This document shows, in pieces, positions 31,945 to 39,803 of a stretch of DNA of 64,000 bases. The notes beneath the pieces were generated by a model, which was given only the letters and a program-made list of their open reading frames with translations, was not told the DNA's origin and did no database searches. Numbering within the stretch: position 1 is the first letter of the stretch; each line of letters begins with the position of its first letter. The DNA comes from Candidatus Eiseniibacteriota bacterium (GTDB lineage: Bacteria; Eisenbacteria; RBG-16-71-46). Both the position numbers and the translations under genes were made by a program. The stretch lies in assembly GCA_041483195.1 (NCBI GenBank), contig JBGPFC010000020.1:1-64000 (forward strand), given 5' to 3'.

Positions 31945-32421
31945 ATGACGCCGGACGAGAGAGCCAAGCTGATCGCGCAGTACGCGGCGGGATACGACGA
32001 AGTCGAGAAGAGCCTCAAGGGCTTCCCCGCCGCATCGCTGGCGGCGCATCCGCTCCCCGGCAAGTGGAGCGCGCGCGAGATCGTGCACCACCTCGCCGAC
32101 AGCGAGAGCGTCTCGGCCCAGCGGCTGCGGCGGCTCCTCACCGAGGAGCACGCGGTGATCCAGGGCTACGACCAGGAGGCGTGGGCCGTGCTGCTGCGTT
32201 ACAACCTGCGCGATCACGCGCACGCGCTCGAGCTGTTCGGCGCCGTGCGCGCGAACACGACCCAGCTGCTGCGCGAGATGGGCGATGACGACTGGAACCG
32301 CTCGGGCTGGCACACCGAGTCCGGGCTCTACACCGCGAAGACCTGGCTCCAGATCTACGCGGTGCACGCGCACAATCACGCGGCTCAGATCACGAGGCTC
32401 CGCGAGACGCTCGCGAAGTAG
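31945..32421 (+). CDS. DinB/YfiT family protein
   Basis: GKWSAREIVHHLADSE, YDQEAW, HAHNHAAQI metal-binding histidines. Confidence 0.88.
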   Translation: MTPDERAKLIAQYAAGYDEVEKSLKGFPAASLAAHPLPGKWSAREIVHHLADSESVSAQRLRRLLTEEHAVIQGYDQEAWAVLLRYNLRDHAHALELFGAVRANTTQLLREMGDDDWNRSGWHTESGLYTAKTWLQIYAVHAHNHAAQITRLRETLAK

Positions 32422-32425
32422 CCCC

Positions 32426-33289
32426 ATGATCTGGCGCTGCCGCGAACGCAGCTTCGACCTCGAGGCGCGCACACTGGTGATGGGCGTGGTCAATGTCACG
32501 CCCGATTCGTTCTCGGACGGCGGCCGCTATCTCGACCCCGACGCAGCGGTCGCGCACGCGCGCTCCCTGATCGCGGCGGGCGCATCGCTGATCGATCTGG
32601 GCGCCGAGAGCACGCGCCCGGGCGCCGATGCCGTGCCGCCCGCCGAGCAGCTCGCGCGGCTGCTGCCGGTGATCACGCGGCTCGCGAGCGAGACCGAGGC
32701 GTGCCTGTCGGTGGACACCGCGAGCGCCGAGGTCGCCGAGCGCGCGCTCGCCGCGGGCGCCCACGTCGTGAACGACGTCACAGCGCTCGCCGACCCCGCG
32801 ATGGCGCGGGTGGTCGCGGCCGCGGAGGCCGGGCTCGTGCTCATGCACATGCGCGGCACGCCGCGCACCATGCAGCAGGACCCGCGCTACGACGACGCGG
32901 CTCGCGAGGTCGCGGCGTGGCTCGGCGCGCGGCTCGGGCACGCGCGGCGCGAGGGCATTCATCCCGAGCGCATCGCGCTCGATCCCGGGATCGGCTTCGG
33001 CAAGAGCGCGCGCCACAACTTCGAGCTGATCGCGCGGCTCTCGGAGATCGCGGCGCTCGGCCGGCCGGTGGTGATCGGCGTCTCGCGCAAGAGCTTCCTC
33101 GGGAGCGCGCTCGGGTTGCCGGTGGACCAGCGTCTCGAGGGCGGGCTCGCCGCGACGGCGGTCGCTGTGTTCCTCGGCGCGCGCATCGTGCGCACCCACG
33201 ACGTCGCCGCCACCGGCCGGGCGGTGCGCATCGCCGAGGCGCTGCGGGCAGCGAGGCGGGAATCCGTGGAGAGCCATGAATCGTTCTGA
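32426..33289 (+). CDS. folP: Dihydropteroate synthase
   Basis: MGVVNVTPDSFSDGG, ESTRPG, SVDT, DPGIGFGK, SRKSF, RTHDV. Confidence 0.96.
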   Translation: MIWRCRERSFDLEARTLVMGVVNVTPDSFSDGGRYLDPDAAVAHARSLIAAGASLIDLGAESTRPGADAVPPAEQLARLLPVITRLASETEACLSVDTASAEVAERALAAGAHVVNDVTALADPAMARVVAAAEAGLVLMHMRGTPRTMQQDPRYDDAAREVAAWLGARLGHARREGIHPERIALDPGIGFGKSARHNFELIARLSEIAALGRPVVIGVSRKSFLGSALGLPVDQRLEGGLAATAVAVFLGARIVRTHDVAATGRAVRIAEALRAARRESVESHESF

Positions 33290-33325
33290 TAGATTCCCCG
33301 CGGCGCGTACGCGCCCCACTCCGCC

Positions 33326-34138
33326 ATGACGCCCGTCCACCAGCTGTGGTTCCTCGATCTCCTCGACATCTTCCTGGTCGCGGTGTTGTTCTACCGTCTG
33401 CTCATTTTGGTGAAGGGCACGCGGTCGGCGCAGATGTACGTCGGCCTGCTCGTGATCGTGCTGGTCGGGCTGCTCGCGCGCGAGTTCGACCTGATCGCGG
33501 TCAAGTGGATCGTGGAAAGCCTGAAGACGGTGTGGCTGATCGCGTTCGTGATCCTGTTCCAGCCCGAGTTGCGCCACGCGCTCGCCCAGTTCGGGCGCAC
33601 GCGCTACTTCCGCTCCTTCCTGCGCGGCGATAATTACGGCGTGCTGGGCGAGGTGGTGCGCGGCGTCGAGAGCCTCGCCGAGCGCCGCCACGGCGCGCTG
33701 ATCGTGATGGAGCGCAACGTGGGCCTGCGCAACTTCGTCGAGACCGGGACGCGGATCGACGCCAAGATCTCGGCCGAGCTGATCGTCACGCTGTTCAGCC
33801 CCGGCTCGCCTTTGCACGACGGCGCGGTGATCCTGCGCGAGGACACCGTGATCGCGGCGGCGTGCATCCTGCCGCTCACGTCGAACCCGCGCATGTCGGC
33901 GACGCTCGGCACCCGGCATCGCGCCGCGCTCGGACTCTCGGAGGAATCCGACGCGGCCGTGATCGTGGTGAGCGAGCAGAACGGCTCGATCTCGGTGGCC
34001 TATCGCGGCACGCTCAAGCAGCGGCTCGACGAGGGCGCGTTGCGCAGCGAGCTCTCGCGCATCTTCCGCATCCGCCCGCAGGACGAAGCGGCCGAAGGGC
34101 TGGAGCACGGCTCGGACGAGGAGAAGGCGGCGGGGTAG
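33326..34138 (+). CDS. cdaA: Diadenylate cyclase CdaA
   Basis: Three N-terminal TM helices, FQPELR, PLHDGA, GTRHRAA, VVSEQ. Confidence 0.93.
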   Translation: MTPVHQLWFLDLLDIFLVAVLFYRLLILVKGTRSAQMYVGLLVIVLVGLLAREFDLIAVKWIVESLKTVWLIAFVILFQPELRHALAQFGRTRYFRSFLRGDNYGVLGEVVRGVESLAERRHGALIVMERNVGLRNFVETGTRIDAKISAELIVTLFSPGSPLHDGAVILREDTVIAAACILPLTSNPRMSATLGTRHRAALGLSEESDAAVIVVSEQNGSISVAYRGTLKQRLDEGALRSELSRIFRIRPQDEAAEGLEHGSDEEKAAG

Positions 34139-34504
34139 GTCGGAGCGCTCAGTCGAATCGTGGTCCCTGTCGTGAAGATTGCAGCACGATGACCTGTCAT
34201 GAGGGTCGCTAAGCGGCCGACCCGCACAGATCCCGCAAAGCGTGGAGGGATGTCGCGACGCGAGCCCCGGGGCGGATCAACCACCTGGGGCTCACGATTT
34301 GCGCGGATAGCCGCCGCAGCTTCCCCGTCACGCTTGCCTCCTACCCCCTTCGGATAACTCTGCAAGGTCTTCGTGCCTCCGCGCCAGATCCTTCGCATCT
34401 GGACTCGTTCCCTGTTGGGCATAGACTCGAGACCCCCTCAACACAGGTGTCCAGTCTTACAAGGGCCGCGCTACCCCAGCACGGCCGCAAACTCGGAGGC
34501 CGTC

Positions 34505-35395
34505 ATGCTCACGTCCCGATTCCTCGCTCGTGTCTGTCCCATGCTGTTCCTCGCCGTGTTGGCGGCTGCCGCGCACGCCCAGGTGGGTGCGTTCACTGAT
34601 TCGTGGCCGACTCTTGGGCCGCCGCTAGGACTTGCGCTCGATGGCGGCGGGAATGTGCTCGTCACGTCCGACGCAGGTGCGGGTGCCCCCGCTTACAGTT
34701 ACTCGTCCAGCGGTACGCTGCTCGCTCAATTCGGCACGGGCCCTGGCATCGAAGCCTATGGGGTCGCGGTTGCTCCAGGCGGGGATGTCTTCGTCACGGA
34801 CTACTACAACCGAAGGGTGCTGCGCTTCGCTTCTGCCGGTGCATTTCTCAATGAGTGGAACACAGGCGGCTCGCTTGCAACGTTTCTTGCAATGGACGGT
34901 TTGGGAAACCTCTACGTGACCGACACGAGCGGAAACATGGTCCGCAAGTTTTCCAGTTCCGGCTCGCTGCTCGGACAGTGGTCGTCAAATCGGCCGGTAG
35001 GGATCGCATTCGCGGGTGGTGTTCTCTACGTGGCGAGTCGCGAAGGCGGTACCGTCAGCAAGTACTTGACCGATGGAACGCCGCTCGGGTCGTTTCCGAC
35101 CGGGGCCAGCGCCGCGGAGCAGCTGACGATCGGCGGAGACGGCCGCCTGTACCTCGCAGACTGGGGAAGCTCAAGACTTCTCATCTTTGCGTTGAACGGA
35201 ACTCCGTTGGGAAGCTTGGGGAGCTCTGTGGCGGGCTATGCGTATGGGCCGGTGCGATACGATGCCGTCGCGATCGCCAGCGACGGCACGATCTTCGTCG
35301 GGGACTACGACCACAATCGCGTACTCAGGTTCGCGCGCGATCTGACCTCGGCTCAAACGATTTCGTGGGGTGGGCTCAAGGCGCGCTACCGGTAG
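34505..35395 (+). CDS. Secreted NHL-repeat beta-propeller protein with C-terminal SWGGLKARYR tail
   Basis: GGAGG RBS, signal peptide, repeats such as GVAVAPGGDVFVTDYYNRRVLRF and GNLYVTDTSGNMVRKF. Confidence 0.85.
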   Translation: MLTSRFLARVCPMLFLAVLAAAAHAQVGAFTDSWPTLGPPLGLALDGGGNVLVTSDAGAGAPAYSYSSSGTLLAQFGTGPGIEAYGVAVAPGGDVFVTDYYNRRVLRFASAGAFLNEWNTGGSLATFLAMDGLGNLYVTDTSGNMVRKFSSSGSLLGQWSSNRPVGIAFAGGVLYVASREGGTVSKYLTDGTPLGSFPTGASAAEQLTIGGDGRLYLADWGSSRLLIFALNGTPLGSLGSSVAGYAYGPVRYDAVAIASDGTIFVGDYDHNRVLRFARDLTSAQTISWGGLKARYR

Positions 35396-35481
35396 ACGGT
35401 GCCCCGCGAAGCGGGCGGGCGTAGAGTCAACACTCCACGAGGCAGCACCAATCCCGATCGGCCACATTCTCGGAGGGCGTC

Positions 35482-35907
35482 ATGTTCGCAAAGCGATTCT
35501 TCTACGTGTGCGCGGGGCTGCTCTGTCTCGCGCTTGCCTATCACCTTGGCGCACGGGGCGCGAGTGCGCAGGGACAGGGTGTGTTAGCGGTGGCCGAGAT
35601 AATGCCAACAACCAGCCGAGTTTCGGCAGTCGTGGGGCGGGACATTCTCGCTCTGGAGACGAACGGAGAGCGCTTCGACTCCGGCACGGTTCCAGGCAGC
35701 GCGACAATCGTGGCGGTGGACTATTCCAGCGGGCGGTTCAATGCGGTGCTTTCAAACGGAGACTTCTACTACCGCGACTCCTCTGGGCCTTGGATTCTCT
35801 CAGGGAAGATATTCGGCCCGACAGGCGCGGGGCAGAACACTTGGGGCCAAGTGAAGGCCCGCTACCGGCAGGGAGCACCCGCAGCCCCGACACCGGAAGG
35901 TAGGTAG
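35482..35907 (+). CDS. Hypothetical exported protein with TWGQVKARYR motif
   Basis: GGAGG RBS, N-terminal hydrophobic segment, near-C-terminal TWGQVKARYR. Confidence 0.7.
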   Translation: MFAKRFFYVCAGLLCLALAYHLGARGASAQGQGVLAVAEIMPTTSRVSAVVGRDILALETNGERFDSGTVPGSATIVAVDYSSGRFNAVLSNGDFYYRDSSGPWILSGKIFGPTGAGQNTWGQVKARYRQGAPAAPTPEGR

Positions 35908-36048
35908 CTCGGTGGTGCTTGCCACCACCAACTAAGCCGCGACTGTTTGGGGCTCTCGCTCAGCATGGACCACGCTGGGCGCACAAAGTCGTGAGCGGAC
36001 GCTGAGAGTGTAGCCGGGTGCATCCGAGAAGCCGCAGAGGGCACAATC

Positions 36049-36777
36049 ATGGGTAACAAAGAGAACGAGATGCCCAGCATTGAGATTGCGGAGTCCCAAG
36101 GCATTCTGACCCCTCAGGAGCTCGCGGCCGGCATTTCGGCGTGCCACCGGAATGCGAGGCGGCTCATTGACGATGCCATCCATCTGCTTGTTGGTCAGCG
36201 CAATGCAAGCGCGCTCGCCCTCGCGCTGCTCGGCGAAGAGGAGGCCGCCAAGTGGGTCCTGCTCTCTGTCGTGGCCACCGCGCGGTCGCAAGCGGTTCGG
36301 CGCAAGGCTTGGAACAATGTGCGGGCACATCGACCGAAGCGCGCGATCCTCGGCGCCATACTATTCCCTGAGCGTTTGAGGCGTGAGGATCGACCGTTTG
36401 AGTTCAAGGACGTGGACGACGTTAGCAAGATCCTAGAGCGGATGAAGCTTCGAGCGATATATGTCGCGCATCTTGCTAACGGCGTCTGCTCGGAACCTGC
36501 AATGATTGCGGACCCTGGTACGGCGACTCTCTTCATAGACCTTGCGGCGGTGCACGTCCGCAAGCTATTCATGACCATTGAGGAGTTGGGACATGTTTAC
36601 GAGAGTCGCAAGAGGGCGCCAACAGCAGAAGCGCGCCGTATCATCCAGTGGAGCCGGAGTGAAGAAGCAAGGGCGATATCCGCCAGAGATCGTCAAGCGG
36701 TGGTGGAGTGGTGGGCTGTCACAGATCCCAGGCTCAGCGAGCTTCGCGCCGAGCTTGGCTCCAATGTGCGCGACTGA
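36049..36777 (+). CDS. AbiV family abortive-infection (HEPN-like) protein
   Basis: NARRLIDDA...ASALALALLGEEEAAK, HRPK and KLRAIYV match the AbiV pattern as recalled. Start could be 36070. Confidence 0.75.
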   Translation: MGNKENEMPSIEIAESQGILTPQELAAGISACHRNARRLIDDAIHLLVGQRNASALALALLGEEEAAKWVLLSVVATARSQAVRRKAWNNVRAHRPKRAILGAILFPERLRREDRPFEFKDVDDVSKILERMKLRAIYVAHLANGVCSEPAMIADPGTATLFIDLAAVHVRKLFMTIEELGHVYESRKRAPTAEARRIIQWSRSEEARAISARDRQAVVEWWAVTDPRLSELRAELGSNVRD

Positions 36778-36881
36778 ACCCGGCGGAGACACTGGCGGCA
36801 CGTTGCGGCATCGTCGGCCGAGACTTTTCGGGTGACGCTGGTCAGCGTACAGCCTCCGTGCCGCAGATTCACGAGTGCCGG

Positions 36882-37502
36882 CTAGGGGGGGTTATCCACA
36901 GGTGCCGGGGTGACTGGCTGGCGTCCACGCGTCACCCGATCTGGTAGGACGAACAAGATTTCTGCGAGCGTCTCGGCAAACATGAGAACTCGTTTCGCGT
37001 CCTCGAGTGTTGGGGGTCCCGTCTTCTGGTCAGCGTGCCGAGGCGCATTAGCATCGAGACGCACGTCGTGCGCCCACAGAGCCATGTCTTCCGTGATCAT
37101 GTGCTTTTTCGCAGCCTTGTCGATCCGGGCACTGAGCGAACCCCGCTTGTACCCCTTGAACTTCAGCATCGCGTCTACTGCTGAAGCTGACAGCATGAGC
37201 GAGCCATCCGGGGCATGAAGCGTGTCCTTTGCTTGTTGGAGGTAGTGAACGACCTCGGGCGGGATGGCTGGATCGAGGATATCGTTCTTTGGGTACCAGT
37301 CTGTGGCTTCGTCGTTCGGAGCGGGTCCAGAGGCCATGATGAGGTGCCCGCATGTCACACAGAGATAGATCACCCAGTGCAGCCCACCTCTTCCAGAATG
37401 ATCCCCTCCGGATCTTAGCTTCCATTGCTCCACAAGCCGGGGCATGTGGATATTGCAGTGCGGGCAGCGATCAAGCTCAAACTGACTGAGCAGCTTCGGC
37501 AT
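36882..37502 (-). CDS. DUF4145 (HEPN) domain protein with N-terminal CxxC...CxxC zinc ribbon
   Basis: CPHC and CVTC; YLQQA...LSARID...VRLDANAPRH HEPN-like motif; GGAG RBS. Confidence 0.78.
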   Translation of the reverse strand: MPKLLSQFELDRCPHCNIHMPRLVEQWKLRSGGDHSGRGGLHWVIYLCVTCGHLIMASGPAPNDEATDWYPKNDILDPAIPPEVVHYLQQAKDTLHAPDGSLMLSASAVDAMLKFKGYKRGSLSARIDKAAKKHMITEDMALWAHDVRLDANAPRHADQKTGPPTLEDAKRVLMFAETLAEILFVLPDRVTRGRQPVTPAPVDNPP

Positions 37503-37655
37503 CTGCGTACTCCCAACACCAACCCTGCTTCGGTAGGACTCAACGGACCAACGGCTTGAACTTCGGTAGCTTGGATTCTAGCTCAACGTTGCACCGCGCG
37601 CTGTACGCCCTACTGCGGCTAGCTGTGGTTTCCAAGCACGTTATCCACCGCGTGA

Positions 37656-37892
37656 CCTCGGTCGGCGCTGGTTCACGACCTGCGACGCACGGCGGTGCGC
37701 AACCTGGAACGCACTGGGGTGCCGCGCTCCGCGGCGATGCAGTTGACCGGACACCGCACGGAATCCGTCGCCCCCCGCTGTGCTATCGTGTCGCAGCCGG
37801 ACTTGGCGGCAGGAGTCGGGCGGCTGGCGGCGCTGCATCGGAGTTCCCGCGCACTTCCCGCACAATCGCCGCCCTCATCGGCCAGCCCGTAG
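37656..37892 (+). pseudogene. Tyrosine recombinase / integrase C-terminal remnant
   Basis: Reads VHDLRRTAVRNLERTGVPRSAAMQLTGHRTESV (HxLR and xGH boxes); the expected catalytic Tyr segment reads APRCAIV; in-frame stop just upstream at 37653-37655. Confidence 0.82.
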
Positions 37893-37942
37893 ATTGACCG
37901 CGGCGCTCAACCTGTTGTAAGGGTTGACGCTTCAACTTTCGG

Positions 37943-38018
37943 GGCGGCGTAGCTCAGCTGGTAGAGCAGGAGAATCATAATCTCTGTGTCCGGGGTTCGA
38001 GTCCCTGCGCCGCCACCA
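37943..38018 (+). tRNA. tRNA with CAU anticodon (most likely elongator tRNA-Met)
   Basis: GGCGGCG/CGCCGCC acceptor stem, TAGCTCAG..GGTAGAGC D-arm, GGAGA-ATCATAA-TCTCT anticodon arm, GTTCGAGTC T-loop, encoded CCA; 76 nt. Confidence 0.95.
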
Positions 38019-38036
38019 CTTAGCCCGCGAATTCGC

Positions 38037-39206
38037 GTGCGCTTGCGCCGGCTCGAACCGGTCATTCGCAGGGCGCTTCGCGGCCCGTGCGCGCTCCCGC
38101 CCGGCTCACGCCTGCTGGTCGCGGTGAGCGGCGGGGCCGACTCGGTCGCCCTCCTCATGGCGCTCGATCGCGTCGCCCACGAGTTCGGGCTCTCGCTGCG
38201 CGCCGCGCATCTCCATCACGGCCTGCGCGGTGCCGAGGCGGGCGCCGATCTGGCGTTCGTGCGCGCGCTCTGCGAGCGGCTCGAGGTAGGGCTGATCGCC
38301 GCACGCTGGGACACGCGCGCGCGAATGCGGCGGCGCGGACTCTCGGGCGAGAACGGCCTGCGCACGCTGCGTCGCGAGTTCCTGCGCGAAGCCGCGCGAC
38401 GCGCGGGGGCGGCCGCGATCGCGACCGCTCACACCGCGGACGATCAACTCGAGACCGTGATCATGCGCCTGCTGCGCGGAGCCGGCCTCACGGGGCTCGG
38501 CGGCATGAGCGCGCGGCGCGGCACCTGGCTCAAGCCGCTGCTCGATGCGACGCGCGCCGACGTCGAGGCCGACCTGCGCGCGATCGGGCAGCCGTGGCGC
38601 GAGGATCTCACCAACCGCGATCCGTCGTTCACCCGCAATCGCATCCGGCACGACGCGATTCCCGCGCTGCTCCGCGCGATGGACCCCGCGCTCGATCCCG
38701 CGACGGCGCGGCCCGCGCTCGCGCGGCGCGTCGCCCGCATCGCGCGCGAGACGCGCGACGCCGCCCGCGCGTTGCGGATCTGGACGCGGCCCGTCGCCGT
38801 GAGCGTCCGGCCCACCGGCGCCGCGCTCCGGCACATCGGCCCCGCCGCGATGGAGCTTGATTCGGCGGCGGTGCGTTCCTACCCTATCGCGGCCCGGCGC
38901 ACGATCTTGCGCCACTTTTGGAAGCGCTTCACCCCGAATGGACCTGGGCTGACGCATCGGCATCTAGAGGCCCTCGACCGCCTGCTCGCGGGCAAGCGAG
39001 CCGGGGCCCGGGTCGGGCTTCCGGGGGACGCGGTCGCGATGCGAACCGTTGGCGCCATCCGATTCACCAGGGCCGACTCGCGCCCGGCGCGTAAACGCGT
39101 ATCATGCTCCGATGCCGGGACCGCGAGGGTGGGTCGCCGAGAGGCGCCCATCGACAGGTCCGCGACGCGCAATGGTCCATGGAGATTCTTGACGAAGCAG
39201 CACTGA
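38037..39206 (+). CDS. tilS: tRNA(Ile)-lysidine synthase
   Basis: VAVSGGADS PP-loop, HLHHGLR, AHTADDQLET, PLL, RNRIRH. Start uncertain (first GTG after the tRNA). Confidence 0.88.
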   Translation: MRLRRLEPVIRRALRGPCALPPGSRLLVAVSGGADSVALLMALDRVAHEFGLSLRAAHLHHGLRGAEAGADLAFVRALCERLEVGLIAARWDTRARMRRRGLSGENGLRTLRREFLREAARRAGAAAIATAHTADDQLETVIMRLLRGAGLTGLGGMSARRGTWLKPLLDATRADVEADLRAIGQPWREDLTNRDPSFTRNRIRHDAIPALLRAMDPALDPATARPALARRVARIARETRDAARALRIWTRPVAVSVRPTGAALRHIGPAAMELDSAAVRSYPIAARRTILRHFWKRFTPNGPGLTHRHLEALDRLLAGKRAGARVGLPGDAVAMRTVGAIRFTRADSRPARKRVSCSDAGTARVGRREAPIDRSATRNGPWRFLTKQH

Positions 39207-39248
39207 CCGGGAACCGGGGTCCCGCCGTAAGGGCCCACGCGGAGAGCC

Positions 39249-39800
39249 ATGACTGAACGCCAGCCCGCTGTCCACGCCGAGCCTACCGTCCGGGTGATGT
39301 TCACCGCTCAGCAGATTGGCGCGCGGGTGCGCGAGCTGGGCCTCGAAATGGCGCGCGACATGGCGGGCGTTCGCCCGCTGTTCGTGGGGGTGCTGAAGGG
39401 CGCGTGCATGTTCCAGTGCGACCTCGCGCGCGCGACGCCGCTCGATGTCGAGCTCGATTTTCTTTCGGTGTCTTCGTACGGCTCGGGCACGACGTCGACC
39501 GGCCACGTGAAGCTCATGATGGATCTGCGCGGGCCGATCGCGGGGCGACATGTGGTGCTGTGCGAGGGCGTGGTGGATTCCGGGCTCAGCGTTTCGTTCA
39601 TTCTCGATCTGCTGCGCTCGCGCGGCGCGGCGAGCCTCAAGGTGGCCACGTTGCTCGACAAGGTTCCGTGCCGCAAGCTTCAGGTGCCGATCGATTACGC
39701 GGGGTGGAGGATCGGCTCCGAGTTCGTCGTGGGTTATGGGATGGACGCCGACGAGCGCTACCGCAATCTGCCCTTCGTGGGCGTTCTCGAGGAGGCATAG
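39249..39800 (+). CDS. hpt: Hypoxanthine phosphoribosyltransferase
   Basis: GVLKGA, SSY, LLDK, FVVGYGMD..ERYRNLP; PRPP loop reads EGVVDSG. Confidence 0.88.
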   Translation: MTERQPAVHAEPTVRVMFTAQQIGARVRELGLEMARDMAGVRPLFVGVLKGACMFQCDLARATPLDVELDFLSVSSYGSGTTSTGHVKLMMDLRGPIAGRHVVLCEGVVDSGLSVSFILDLLRSRGAASLKVATLLDKVPCRKLQVPIDYAGWRIGSEFVVGYGMDADERYRNLPFVGVLEEA

Positions 39801-39803
39801 TTC

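Larger units (their letters stand above)
34139..37900. mobile_element. Degenerate genomic islet (lower GC, defence-like cargo, integrase relic) next to a tRNA
   Basis: Visibly more A/T-ending codons across 34505-37502; AbiV and DUF4145 genes; tyrosine-recombinase fragment ending 50 bp before the tRNA. Boundaries approximate; no att repeat found. Confidence 0.6.

Noticed and set aside
34126..34152. Degenerate copy of the tRNA 5' end as an attachment site (GGCGGCG..TAG..GCTCAG)
   Set aside because: Needs two gaps and lies in the GC-rich cdaA stop region; too weak to call.
35396..36881. Integron cassette array with attC sites
   Set aside because: No RYYYAAC...GTTRRRY-bounded palindromes between the genes, mixed orientation, and the relic integrase shows no sign of being IntI.
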